A DNA stretch of 41,276 nt from a virus, in UHGV virus genome UHGV-0389628. One strand, written 5' to 3'. Under the pieces are notes generated by a model. It ran no database searches, was not told where the DNA came from, and saw nothing but the letters and a program-made list of their open reading frames with translations. A program made the translations under genes and the position numbers. Positions 1 to 8,160 of the stretch are shown here, piece by piece; position 1 is the stretch's first letter, and each line of letters begins with the position of its first letter.

Positions 1-992
1 ATGTACAGTGGATATTTAGGAGAAGCAGTAGTCCCTTTGTTTGGCAAGAAACGGTTAGCGATTTTCTTAATCGGTTTGCCCAAGAAAGTATATCCAGTTG
101 CAGAAGTTACGTCTTTTTGTAACAAGTAAGATCCATCAGAACGTTTTACTTTATCCAAAACATTGTAGCCATCTTGGTTTGTAATAAACATAGATGTAGC
201 TTCAATAGCTGGGTCAAGTTGAACGTTTACGATATCTTTAATCCCATCAACATCTGTAACATCTTTCTTTTGCGCTGCTTTGATTCCATCAATAGCTGCC
301 AAGATTTTTGTATTGCGAGTAACAACTACTTTTTTCGCGATCCATTTAGACAACCATGCCAAAATGTTTTCGGCAGTATCTTTTAGCAAGCTGTTAGTTA
401 CTGTAGAAATACCTGCGTAGCGTTTGATCAAGTATTTGATCAAGTGAAGTGCAGGATCATCATTTGCTGGGATTTCACCGTCTTCAGTATCCAAAGCGGT
501 CAGTGGTTTAATATCAGACCATTTTTCATAAACGCGAGAACCGCTGGTAGTGGTCACTTTTTCAACGTTTACGTATTCTTGTAAGGAGTCAAACCGACGA
601 ACCAAAGTATGAATAGTCGTTTGAACATCAACCGGAATAGTCAATCCGATAGCATTACCAGATTCATCCGTATCAGATGTCAAAGTAGCCATAATAGCAG
701 GATCACCATTGACCATCGCTTTAAAGTCTTTGATAAACTTGTTTTTCAAGTTTTCATCTTTTTTATCTAATGGTTCTTTTTTGACGTTTAAGACTTGTTC
801 GGCTTCCATATTTGCCACTTGCTCTTTCAATCCGTCCCGTTTAGCCCGTGCTGCTTTTACTTGTGCTTGCAAACTTACTACATCTTCTTCTGTTTTTTCA
901 TCGTCAACCAATGCTGCATTGAGTTGTGCATTTAAGTCAGAGACTTTACTTCCCGCCTCGACCCACGCATTTTTTAATTGTTCTAAATTCAT
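1..992 (-). CDS. Major capsid protein, HK97 family, N-terminal 330 codons (ATG at 992..990, RBS GGAGGG); runs off the left edge and continues at 41276..41075
   Basis: Minus-frame translation begins MNLEQLKNAWVEAGSKVSDLNAQLNAALVDDEKTEED, a coiled-coil delta-domain-like N-terminus, with no stop through position 1. Its ATG overlaps the protease stop as ATGA. Position after portal and protease is canonical. Confidence 0.8.
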   Translation of the reverse strand, partial: MNLEQLKNAWVEAGSKVSDLNAQLNAALVDDEKTEEDVVSLQAQVKAARAKRDGLKEQVANMEAEQVLNVKKEPLDKKDENLKNKFIKDFKAMVNGDPAIMATLTSDTDESGNAIGLTIPVDVQTTIHTLVRRFDSLQEYVNVEKVTTTSGSRVYEKWSDIKPLTALDTEDGEIPANDDPALHLIKYLIKRYAGISTVTNSLLKDTAENILAWLSKWIAKKVVVTRNTKILAAIDGIKAAQKKDVTDVDGIKDIVNVQLDPAIEATSMFITNQDGYNVLDKVKRSDGSYLLQKDVTSATGYTFLGKPIKKIANRFLPNKGTTASPKYPLY

Positions 993-1666
993 TCGTTTTT
1001 CCCTCCATTTAAGGCTTTTAGTTTTTTCTGTAAGAGTGTTTCTTTTTGCGGTGTTTCCGCTTTGAGTATTAAATTTTTCAACTTAGTTACTGCGTTTTTT
1101 GGAATAACCGGTTGAGAGGCATTGAGTACCGTTACTGGTGCTTCTGCAAACATAATTTCATCCGCAAAACCTTCCGCTACTGCTGTTTGAGCATTTAACC
1201 AAGTATCTTTCGCCATTAAATCAGCAAGTTTTTTCCGATCTAGTCCTGTTTTGATCTCGTAAGCATTAACAATAGATTCATCCACACTGCTTAACATTTC
1301 TGCATTGGCTTTTAATTCCTCAGCGTTGCCACTAGTGGTCACCCATGCGTTATGAATCATGATGTGTGCCGTAGGTGAGATTCTAAGCGGTTCGCAAGCA
1401 CAAGCAATTACACTCGCAGCACTTGCCGCAATGCTCACAATATTTCCAGATACCTTCCCTGGATAGGCGCGGATAGCGGTATATATTTCGCTTGCCGCTA
1501 GGACATCCCCACCGTTCGATGAGATATCAAGTTCTACTTCATCCCCCGCTGCTTCTGTAAGAGCGGCAGAAATTTTCCCTGGTGAGATACAATCGATCCC
1601 AAACCAGTCATAAAGCCACGCGGTATCGTTATCCACGACATCGCCGCTTAACGTCACTTTTTTCAT
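989..1666 (-). CDS. Prohead protease, ClpP-like (S14) HK97-family
   Basis: 225 aa with ClpP-like segments (SSNGGDVLAASEIYTAIRAYPG…GNIVSIAASAASVIACAC). Lies between portal and capsid; RBS GGAGGTGGAAGG upstream. Confidence 0.85.
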   Translation of the reverse strand: MKKVTLSGDVVDNDTAWLYDWFGIDCISPGKISAALTEAAGDEVELDISSNGGDVLAASEIYTAIRAYPGKVSGNIVSIAASAASVIACACEPLRISPTAHIMIHNAWVTTSGNAEELKANAEMLSSVDESIVNAYEIKTGLDRKKLADLMAKDTWLNAQTAVAEGFADEIMFAEAPVTVLNASQPVIPKNAVTKLKNLILKAETPQKETLLQKKLKALNGGKNE

Positions 1667-1700
1667 CCTTCCACCTCCCTTCGGTGCAAACTAAAAAAGC

Positions 1701-2921
1701 CTAACCGTTTTCGGCTACGCTTTTAGACGAGGTTGTTTTTCTTAATGTTGGATCCATATCGATTGGATATAGGTCTCCGGAAATATGGTAATCATCCATA
1801 CCGGTTTTATTTATTGGCTGCAAGTCCTCAAAGCGGCGAACATCATTGGCAGAATATGCTCCACCTCGGCGCATAATCTGGTAAAACTGCCCTCTGGCCT
1901 GTGTATCAGCTCTTAGCAAACTTGCGATATTAAACTTGTATCGATAACCCTTAGCTTTTTCAGCTCTCGATAGTGTTTTCTTATTTAGTTCCGCTTCATA
2001 TTGATTAACGGTCGGTACTAGATTGTATGTCAAAAACTCCATATTGAGCTGTTCCTGAGAGGAGTAACTTGACTGGTTATTCCCGATGAAATGTTCCGGC
2101 ACGTTGTAGACCATCGCGATTCTGGAGCGAGATATTTTATCAGTATCTAAAAGCTTGCTGTCTACCAGCTCTCGTTGTAAACGTTCGATTTCTACACCGT
2201 TTTCTTCCACAAGTAGTCCACCGTTTTGTCGATAAAAATCAGCAATGTTTTTAACTGTAGCTTTTTTAGCTTCTTCATCCATATTGCTAGCAAACTTAAC
2301 TTTTAGCCCTTCATTACTTCCTTTAAGCTGACTTAAAGAGATTTTTCGGACTTCTCGATCATATCCGAGGGTATTCGTTAATACTTTTGTGGGGTCTGCA
2401 CCTTCCAAGCCGCCAAACCTCGGTTGTTTAAAGTGGAGCATTTCCATGTAATGTACATAGATAACTTGCTTGTAACTGCCTTTGTCAGTCGCAGTTACTT
2501 GGTAGTAAAGCTCCCCGCTATCCATATCAATCACTGGATGGCAAGCACCAGGTTTTACTAACGCCATATCTGCTACTTCTCCATTGATATTTCGGAAAAT
2601 CTGCACATACGCATTCCCTTGGTAGTTTCTCAAAACTTCCACGTCCCGGAAAAAATCAAACTTTGTAAAATATCGAGGGCCTTCGCTCAACAAGTTGTAT
2701 GCAGGACAGTCGTCCGGTTGGCCAAACTCCACATCTATCATTTTGAGAGGGAGAGACGCAAAAACGTTCGATACACGGCTAATTACGGAAAAAATCCCTT
2801 CTGATATTTCATCTTTTCCGACTAAATACGGTATCAATCCCGGGTCATTCAAAAAATACTCTTGTTTGCTCGCTTTCGGCTTCGCTCGGCCAAAAGAACG
2901 CAAACGATCTAAAATACTCAT
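1701..2921 (-). CDS. Portal protein (HK97-family)
   Basis: 406 aa, immediately downstream of terminase large subunit and upstream of protease; portal-like composition. Confidence 0.85.
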   Translation of the reverse strand: MSILDRLRSFGRAKPKASKQEYFLNDPGLIPYLVGKDEISEGIFSVISRVSNVFASLPLKMIDVEFGQPDDCPAYNLLSEGPRYFTKFDFFRDVEVLRNYQGNAYVQIFRNINGEVADMALVKPGACHPVIDMDSGELYYQVTATDKGSYKQVIYVHYMEMLHFKQPRFGGLEGADPTKVLTNTLGYDREVRKISLSQLKGSNEGLKVKFASNMDEEAKKATVKNIADFYRQNGGLLVEENGVEIERLQRELVDSKLLDTDKISRSRIAMVYNVPEHFIGNNQSSYSSQEQLNMEFLTYNLVPTVNQYEAELNKKTLSRAEKAKGYRYKFNIASLLRADTQARGQFYQIMRRGGAYSANDVRRFEDLQPINKTGMDDYHISGDLYPIDMDPTLRKTTSSKSVAENG

Positions 2922-2936
2922 TCCTCCACACCTTTC

Positions 2937-4745
2937 TTACATATTCATTAAATCGGAAATCGAGTAATAGGTTACTTTCCCGGTTCCGACAGGATTAACC
3001 AACATATTCAACACTTCGGCGTGGCTGTTCAAACTTGCTGCAAAACCATCTATTTTTCTACTCTTGGACTGCTTAGACGGCATCCAGTTTGAGTTGCGAT
3101 CCATCACCAGCTTGACGTTGGATAGATACCATCGGTAAAGCTTGGAATTGTTGAAAATCACCTTACCGTCCAATAGCATTTCCTTGAAGTTTTGCATTGG
3201 CCCGCCTAATGATAGAAACCCTTGCCGAATCTCGTTGGTTTCAAATCCTGCATTTTCTAGTTCTTTATTTAATCGTAGTGCCTTGGCCTTGTCATAATTG
3301 ATTTTTACAATGTCATAGATTTTCGAATTTTCTACAAACCAATTTAAGACGTATTCATAATTGACGTAATCACCAGGAATAATCGTTAGATCTCCCACCT
3401 TCTCCCACGCTTTGATACGCTCTTGATTGTTATCTCGATCAAATCTAGCTTGTGGGATCCATGTGTGTTGCAAAATGAATACCTCGCCTGTTTCAAGCGG
3501 AAATTCTAAAACGGCTGCGGTAAAGTCTTCCGTTTCGGACAAGTCAAAACCACCGACACACTTCTTACCTTTGAGCGTTTCAATATCGATGGTTTTATTG
3601 TTTCGTTTAATGGTAGGCATATCGACAAATGACAGCTCATCGATATCGGAAAACAAGTTAAATTGCTTGGTAATCCAGTCAGCATATTCTTTTGGATCTT
3701 TTTTATCCTTAACATAGTCATCTAGCATGCCAACAAAATTCATTAGACAAATATTCGGATTGGCTTTGATCCATAATCTTGGGTCATCAGCCTCTTCCGC
3801 ACTGTCAAGTTTTGCCAGATAATAAAAAGTCCGTTCATCGATGTCATCTTCCAAATGTTCCAAACAGTCCACACCTTGCTCAAAATAAGACATCAACGGA
3901 CCATCTAATACATATCCAGCAGTTGTGATATAAACTATCAGAGGCTGTTTTCTGGTTCCTCTTGATTTCTTGATAACGTTGATCAGCTTGTAATTCGTAA
4001 ACTCGTGGATCTCGTCAAAAATACCAAAATGAGTGTTTAGCCCATCCAATTTCCGGCTATCTGAGGCGCGTGGTTCCATTTTAGAAAAGGCGGGAGCATA
4101 ATTAATACTTGATCGTTTAGGCTTACCAAATTTCTTAAAGAGCGCCGGCGATTGTTTGACCATTTCTGCGGCCTTATCAAACAACAAGCTTGCTTGATCA
4201 CGAGCATTTGCCAATACGTAAACGTTGGCGCCTTGTTCATCATCATAAGCGACCATGTATGTGGAAAGGCCCGAGATAAGACTTGTCTTCCCGTTTTTAC
4301 GTCCAACAAAAATAAGAGCCTCGCGGAAGCGACGCTCTCCTGTATCACGATGTACCCATCCGTACATGGATCCAATTATGAAATGCTGCCAAGGTTGCAA
4401 AACAAACGAACCAAAGTCGCCTTCAGTTGGTTTACATTTTTTTTCGATATATCTAATAGGCCGGTGACCTTTTTCTTCGTCAAAGATCCAAGGAAAATCA
4501 TCTGTTCCTTGGCGTTGTAAATCACGCATATGCCTTTTAGCAGCTTGAATATTTTCTTTGCTGGCTGGTATGCTTCCATCGATTAATCGTTCCGCATACC
4601 AAGTAGTTAACAATTCCGGATATGGACATTTTAAAAAGCCACCCCAAGAAGCTTGCTCCTCAAGATAGCTTTGCCAATAGTCCACACGTTCTGTGTAGGA
4701 CATATCCAAAATATTAGAAGTCGTCATCGTCATCACCACCATCAT
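2937..4745 (-). CDS. terL: Terminase large subunit (start ambiguous among several ATGs at 4745..4718)
   Basis: 602 aa with an ATPase-like core (VYVLANARDQAS; DEIHEF Walker B-like) and C-terminal nuclease-like region. Its 5' end overlaps the terS stop, typical packaging-gene coupling. Confidence 0.9.
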   Translation of the reverse strand: MMVVMTMTTSNILDMSYTERVDYWQSYLEEQASWGGFLKCPYPELLTTWYAERLIDGSIPASKENIQAAKRHMRDLQRQGTDDFPWIFDEEKGHRPIRYIEKKCKPTEGDFGSFVLQPWQHFIIGSMYGWVHRDTGERRFREALIFVGRKNGKTSLISGLSTYMVAYDDEQGANVYVLANARDQASLLFDKAAEMVKQSPALFKKFGKPKRSSINYAPAFSKMEPRASDSRKLDGLNTHFGIFDEIHEFTNYKLINVIKKSRGTRKQPLIVYITTAGYVLDGPLMSYFEQGVDCLEHLEDDIDERTFYYLAKLDSAEEADDPRLWIKANPNICLMNFVGMLDDYVKDKKDPKEYADWITKQFNLFSDIDELSFVDMPTIKRNNKTIDIETLKGKKCVGGFDLSETEDFTAAVLEFPLETGEVFILQHTWIPQARFDRDNNQERIKAWEKVGDLTIIPGDYVNYEYVLNWFVENSKIYDIVKINYDKAKALRLNKELENAGFETNEIRQGFLSLGGPMQNFKEMLLDGKVIFNNSKLYRWYLSNVKLVMDRNSNWMPSKQSKSRKIDGFAASLNSHAEVLNMLVNPVGTGKVTYYSISDLMNM

Positions 4746-5235
4746 CAGCCATCTTAATAGCTAACTTAGCTCTGGCTGCTGGTGATAGTCCTAAATCAGC
4801 GCCAAAAGAACGGAGATTCCGAGACGCTGTATCCATCTGCCGAGAGAGCGGATTACCAATTAATTCATTAGGTTCATTAAACGGCTCACCTCTCGCCTCT
4901 GCCTCCTTTTTCGCAAGCGCATAGTTCAACTTGTACTCTCGTTGTAGTTTTCGAAGCTGTTTTTCTAAAGAAACGTATTGCGAATACCAATTGGAGTAGA
5001 GAGCCATTGTATGGACATCCGGATTACTGATTAAATCCACAGACAGCAATTCATCAGCGATAAACTCAAAGGTATCCTTTCCTAGCGAATCTAGCCATAA
5101 CGGCGGTTTGATTTTGTCAGTAGCCATTTTTAATTTGTCTTCTGCGGCCGCTCGCTTGCGGAGTTCTTCGGTATTCTTCTTGTTTGGGTTTCCATTTAAT
5201 AATTGTAACTTTGCACTCTTCGCTGGTTGCGGCAT
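4714..5235 (-). CDS. terS: Terminase small subunit (P27-like); likely start MPQPAKSAK with RBS GAAGGTGA
   Basis: KLQLLNGNPNKK N-terminus typical of the P27 terS family, acidic DDGGDDDDDF tail, directly upstream of terL. Confidence 0.7.
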   Translation of the reverse strand: MPQPAKSAKLQLLNGNPNKKNTEELRKRAAAEDKLKMATDKIKPPLWLDSLGKDTFEFIADELLSVDLISNPDVHTMALYSNWYSQYVSLEKQLRKLQREYKLNYALAKKEAEARGEPFNEPNELIGNPLSRQMDTASRNLRSFGADLGLSPAARAKLAIKMADDGGDDDDDF

Positions 5236-5336
5236 AATATCACCTTCTTTCAAAAGATAGATTGAAATCGTTATCACAATCCTTATAATTAAGTTATCGG
5301 CAGTGCTGTGCCGAAATTTTTTAGGGAGGGATTCCT

Positions 5337-5501
5337 ATGGGAGAACTTTATAAACCCGGCGAAGACAATAAACCAAAAGGAACCTATAAAGAAGTGGGAC
5401 CTCGTGGTGGAAATGTCCAAGGCGGACGAGAAGTAAAAATTGATCCAGGCGACCGATTACCTCCTACTTCTCAAAAAGGAAACAAATGGACTAAGAAATA
5501 G
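5337..5501 (+). CDS. YjzC-like small protein (54 aa) MGELYKPGEDNKPKGTYKEVGPRGGNVQGGREVKIDPGDRLPPTSQKGNKWTKK
   Basis: Perfect RBS AGGGAGGG 6 nt upstream and an intrinsic terminator immediately after. Missed by the ≥60-aa ORF track. Lies on the opposite strand to all neighbours; resemblance to the Bacillus YjzC small-protein family is from memory. Confidence 0.6.
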   Translation: MGELYKPGEDNKPKGTYKEVGPRGGNVQGGREVKIDPGDRLPPTSQKGNKWTKK

Positions 5502-5511
5502 CTTCGTCCAA

Positions 5512-5538
5512 AGCCGGCTTAAATTGGTCGGCTTTTTC
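5512..5538 (+). terminator. Intrinsic terminator after YjzC-like gene
   Basis: Stem agccggc/gtcggct (one G-U pair), 8-nt loop, then TTTTT. Confidence 0.5.
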
Positions 5539-5658
5539 CTTTTTCTCAAAAAAAACTTGAAAAGCGGTCTTTTTACGAAAGAAGGACAGCACCGTTCTTC
5601 TCAAGCCTTACTCTTTAATCTTTTAGAGTAGGGGGGCTACCTTCATTTCGCTGCAAAC

Positions 5659-5976
5659 TTATCTTTCAGGAGTTGAATACATTTTAACGATATGTGATTT
5701 AGGTTTTGGTTTCTTCTTCCCGCCTGATCTCTCTGGATGCTCTCTGTTGTGACAAGCTACACAGATACATTCAAGGTTATCTACGGACCAGAACAGTGAC
5801 AGGTCTTCCCTCGCCTCGACTATGTGATGGATGATCGTGCCCCTTGTGTTCCGCCCTCGACGCTTGCACTCTTGGCACATGCCGAAGTCCCTAGCTATTA
5901 CTACTTGCCTTAGGTCTCGCCATCGTTTGGTCTTGTATAGTTTGTCTATCTCGTCTCTAGGTCTAGCTTCTTTCAT
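5659..5976 (-). CDS. HNH endonuclease (terminase-associated)
   Basis: HHIVEAREDLSLFWSVDNLECICVACHNREH HNH/zinc-finger motif. Sits just upstream of terS, as in cos-type HK97-like phages. Confidence 0.85.
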   Translation of the reverse strand: MKEARPRDEIDKLYKTKRWRDLRQVVIARDFGMCQECKRRGRNTRGTIIHHIVEAREDLSLFWSVDNLECICVACHNREHPERSGGKKKPKPKSHIVKMYSTPER

Positions 5977-6495
5977 TTACATATCTCTCTTGTGTCCGAT
6001 TGTTTTTATATCAGGATACTTATCATTAAAGCTAGAAAAGTATTGAATCGTGATGTCGTTCGCTCCTCTATCATCATTAGTAAAACCATCAGTCTTCCAA
6101 TGATACGATACATCTACTAATCCTTGAGGCAATTCATCCAACCTCTCACCTTTGTAATAAACCTCTGGTACTGAATCTGTATCTTTTAGTTTGATTTCTA
6201 ACAGGTTAGGTTCTGTTTCATATAATGTCTTTCCATCATGAACTATCTTCATGTACCAATCATTGGCTTCTACCTCTTTAATTGATGTCGAAAAAAGAGC
6301 ACCTGTTTTTTTGCCAGTCACATAATCTTCTCTTTCAGAACGAACCATGAATTTCTCATCGTGGTCATCAAGATAGAAAAAGGTTACCTCTTTGATACAA
6401 CCTTCTATATCTTTATGAGGCGTTTTTATAAGCACCTTCGGATAATTAAAGTCTCGTTCGTCAATGAAAGGTTCATCTTTCCTATTCCAAAACAT
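5977..6495 (-). CDS. Hypothetical protein (172 aa; start MFWNRKDEPF, RBS GAGGTGG)
   Basis: The ATG overlaps the upstream gene's TAA (TAATG) and a strong RBS is present. The longer track ORF to 6573 would overlap the 6495..6722 gene by 79 nt. Confidence 0.6.
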   Translation of the reverse strand: MFWNRKDEPFIDERDFNYPKVLIKTPHKDIEGCIKEVTFFYLDDHDEKFMVRSEREDYVTGKKTGALFSTSIKEVEANDWYMKIVHDGKTLYETEPNLLEIKLKDTDSVPEVYYKGERLDELPQGLVDVSYHWKTDGFTNDDRGANDITIQYFSSFNDKYPDIKTIGHKRDM

Positions 6496-6722
6496 TATCT
6501 CAACCACCTCTCTATGTTGCATTGGATATACTCGTCTTTCCAATAGCCATGACCGCAATATATCAGCTTGCATTTATCCACTTCGTTTGGTGTAGCTTCT
6601 CTTAGCATTTCGACAATAGAGTACTTCCCTTTCATTTGTACAGAACGCACAACACGCACTGGATCATCAGTGTTCGGTTGCGGATATCGGTTTGTTAGTG
6701 ATACATACCAGTAGTTTCTCAT
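6495..6722 (-). CDS. Hypothetical protein (75 aa, contains CGHGYW)
   Basis: ORF tightly packed between neighbouring genes and translationally coupled to the downstream gene. Confidence 0.55.
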   Translation of the reverse strand: MRNYWYVSLTNRYPQPNTDDPVRVVRSVQMKGKYSIVEMLREATPNEVDKCKLIYCGHGYWKDEYIQCNIERWLR

Positions 6723-6726
6723 GGTG

Positions 6727-7158
6727 TTAGTCCTTTCTTATTGGAGGTCCCGGTTTTTCATCACGCTTCTTCAATATGCTTCGTTCATACTCAAGACATT
6801 CTTCATCTCGATCCCAAGGTTCATTGCGTTTTTTTATATAAAAGGGTTCCCCAAATTCGCTGTGTTGCGTACCAGACTCTACAACAAATTTCTCGATGTA
6901 TTTTGATAGTGCGGGTTTAGTAATAATCAGAGTACCGTTAGGCAAAGTGTACATAAATGAATCCTTTTCGCTCACAACTTTCTCGCTTGCATAAAGTACA
7001 GATTCACCGTACTGACTGTCTACTTCAAGGCGGAACTTAGGATAGTATAAATTGTTGGCCATATCCTCAAAAGTCATCTTTTGAATATCTTCTAATTCGA
7101 ATCCTTTTTCTTTCAACTCTTTCACTACATCGTTTTGTAAAAAGTCTAATGAATCCAT
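6727..7158 (-). CDS. Hypothetical protein (143 aa; start MDSLDFLQND, RBS GAGGAG)
   Basis: The ORF-track GTG start at 7194 lies inside the terminator hairpin; the internal ATG at 7158 has the RBS. Confidence 0.55.
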   Translation of the reverse strand: MDSLDFLQNDVVKELKEKGFELEDIQKMTFEDMANNLYYPKFRLEVDSQYGESVLYASEKVVSEKDSFMYTLPNGTLIITKPALSKYIEKFVVESGTQHSEFGEPFYIKKRNEPWDRDEECLEYERSILKKRDEKPGPPIRKD

Positions 7159-7184
7159 TCTCGCACCACTCCTCATGCAAAATA

Positions 7185-7207
7185 AAAAGACCACTCGATG
7201 AGTGATC
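7185..7207 (-). terminator. Intrinsic terminator after His/Ser-rich gene (gaucacuc-auc-gaguggUc + U-run)
   Basis: 8-bp stem with a U-run on the minus strand; nearly identical to the hairpin at 7619..7642. Confidence 0.6.
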
Positions 7208-7208
7208 T

Positions 7209-7601
7209 TTACTTAACTAATTCATCAACGTATTTTTTAATTTTTTTCTGATCTGATTTGTTTAATTTTTTGATTTCTTTCTTTATATGACTCACATCAT
7301 TCTTCTCTTTGCTGTTTCTTGTGCTCCACCAAAAATGCCAAAATAAATGCGAGCTACTTGAACTGCTCTTTACACTAGAACTTTTGCTGCTAGGTTTACT
7401 TGTTTTTGGACTAGTCGACTTAGCGCCACTACTTTTCGACGTACTACTGCTTTTACCAGAAGTATGCGATGATGAGTGAGAACTAACATGGGAACTTGTA
7501 TGAGACGATGTATGTGGACTAACGTGTGGTGAAACATGCACAGAAGTATGGGCAAATCCAATTAGAATTGCTGGCAATGTAATAATAGTTAACAGTTTCA
7601 T
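7209..7601 (-). CDS. Secreted His/Ser-rich repeat protein (130 aa; signal peptide MKLLTIITLPAILIGFA, repeats SPHVSPHTSSHTSSHVSSHSSSH, S/K-rich tract, WHFWW, K-rich C-terminus)
   Basis: Start at 7601 with a perfect AAGGAGG RBS. Flanked by twin terminators. Composition suggests a secreted, possibly metal-binding protein. Confidence 0.7.
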   Translation of the reverse strand: MKLLTIITLPAILIGFAHTSVHVSPHVSPHTSSHTSSHVSSHSSSHTSGKSSSTSKSSGAKSTSPKTSKPSSKSSSVKSSSSSSHLFWHFWWSTRNSKEKNDVSHIKKEIKKLNKSDQKKIKKYVDELVK

Positions 7602-7618
7602 GATTTCCTCCTTAACGT

Positions 7619-7642
7619 AAAAAGACCACTCAAAGAGTGATC
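7619..7642 (-). terminator. Intrinsic terminator/attenuator between the GC-rich leader and the RBS of the His/Ser-rich gene
   Basis: Stem gaucacuc-uuu-gaguggUc then UUUUU, ending 11 nt before the AAGGAGG RBS, leaving no room for a promoter between terminator and RBS. Confidence 0.6.
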
Positions 7643-7649
7643 TAATATG

Positions 7650-7827
7650 TAATAGCAACCTACACACAGGCGGTTATCCTGTCCTCCCTAGGGCTCGCAC
7701 CACACGAGTTCATACCCCCCTCGGTTGCTTAAAGTCACTGGAGTGGAATCGCACCACACACGAGAACTTACCAGGCTCTCACGAGGCTACTCGCCATTTA
7801 CCGTTGCGTCTTCTACTTCCGCCACAG
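7650..7827 (-). ncRNA. Candidate structured leader / ncRNA, about 180 nt and GC-rich (riboswitch- or attenuator-like)
   Basis: A local GC spike in an AT-rich genome with no ORF on either strand. Internal repeats of cucgugug(ug)gugcga, a GGCGAGUAGCC motif, a cccuaggg palindrome, and a 5'-ggcgg…ccgcc-3' closing helix. An intrinsic terminator follows directly, then the RBS of the His-rich gene. Confidence 0.35.
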
Positions 7828-7840
7828 CGATAAAATTTTA

Positions 7841-7868
7841 TTGTGAAAATAAATACTAAGCGTATAAT
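7841..7868 (+). promoter_or_regulatory. Sigma-A-type promoter for the DUF1883-like gene (TTGTGA-16 nt-TATAAT)
   Basis: Consensus-like -35 and -10, followed by the conserved 50-nt leader. Confidence 0.5.
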
Positions 7869-7920
7869 TTTATTTATCAGCGAGTGGTCTGCTGAAATAG
7901 CCGATAAGGAGGCGAAAAAC

Positions 7921-8160
7921 ATGGTGCAGGTTCCTTATGCTGAATCCAGCGGTTCATTATCTGTAAGAGTAGAACTTCAACATACCGCAGATGTATTTTT
8001 GGTCGATTCTACGAACTACAGAAAAATGAACTCTGGTCAAAAATTTAAGTACTACGGCGGACATTACACTAGAACACCGGTAAATATCACAGTCAGTGGT
8101 CCTGGTAGATGGTATTTGATTGTTCGTGGTGGTGGGCAATACAAATATAGATTCTATTAA
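7921..8160 (+). CDS. DUF1883-like small protein (79 aa) …VFLVDSTNYRKMNSGQKFKYYGGHYTRTPVNITVSGPGRWYLIVRGGGQ
   Basis: AAGGAGG RBS 7 nt upstream. The motif pattern (LVDS.N…yyGG…tPV.itVp.sG.W) is recalled from the DUF1883 family. The track's 7843 start would include promoter and leader. Confidence 0.6.
   Translation: MVQVPYAESSGSLSVRVELQHTADVFLVDSTNYRKMNSGQKFKYYGGHYTRTPVNITVSGPGRWYLIVRGGGQYKYRFY

Noticed and set aside
174-1065. Plus-strand ORFs 174..386 and 709..1065
   Set aside because: Antisense to the well-supported capsid and protease genes; no RBS; odd composition.
5440-5631. Plus ORF 5440..5631 (63 aa)
   Set aside because: An alternative frame overlapping the RBS-supported YjzC-like gene and running through its terminator hairpin; no RBS.
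5977-6573. 198-aa form of the gene upstream of HNH
   Set aside because: It overlaps the 6495..6722 ORF by 79 nt in another frame. The internal ATG at 6495 has a GAGGTGG RBS and a TAATG coupling overlap.
7650-7827. GC-rich block as a tRNA, tmRNA tRNA-like domain or group I/II intron
   Set aside because: No cloverleaf can be drawn. The only T-loop-like piece (GUGG-UGCGAUU-CCAC) is non-canonical. No intron core motifs or interrupted host gene seen, so it is kept as an unclassified leader/ncRNA.
7843-8160. Long form of the DUF1883-like ORF starting at 7843
   Set aside because: It would begin inside the -35 element and translate the conserved leader. The ATG at 7921 has a perfect AAGGAGG RBS and matches the family N-terminus.
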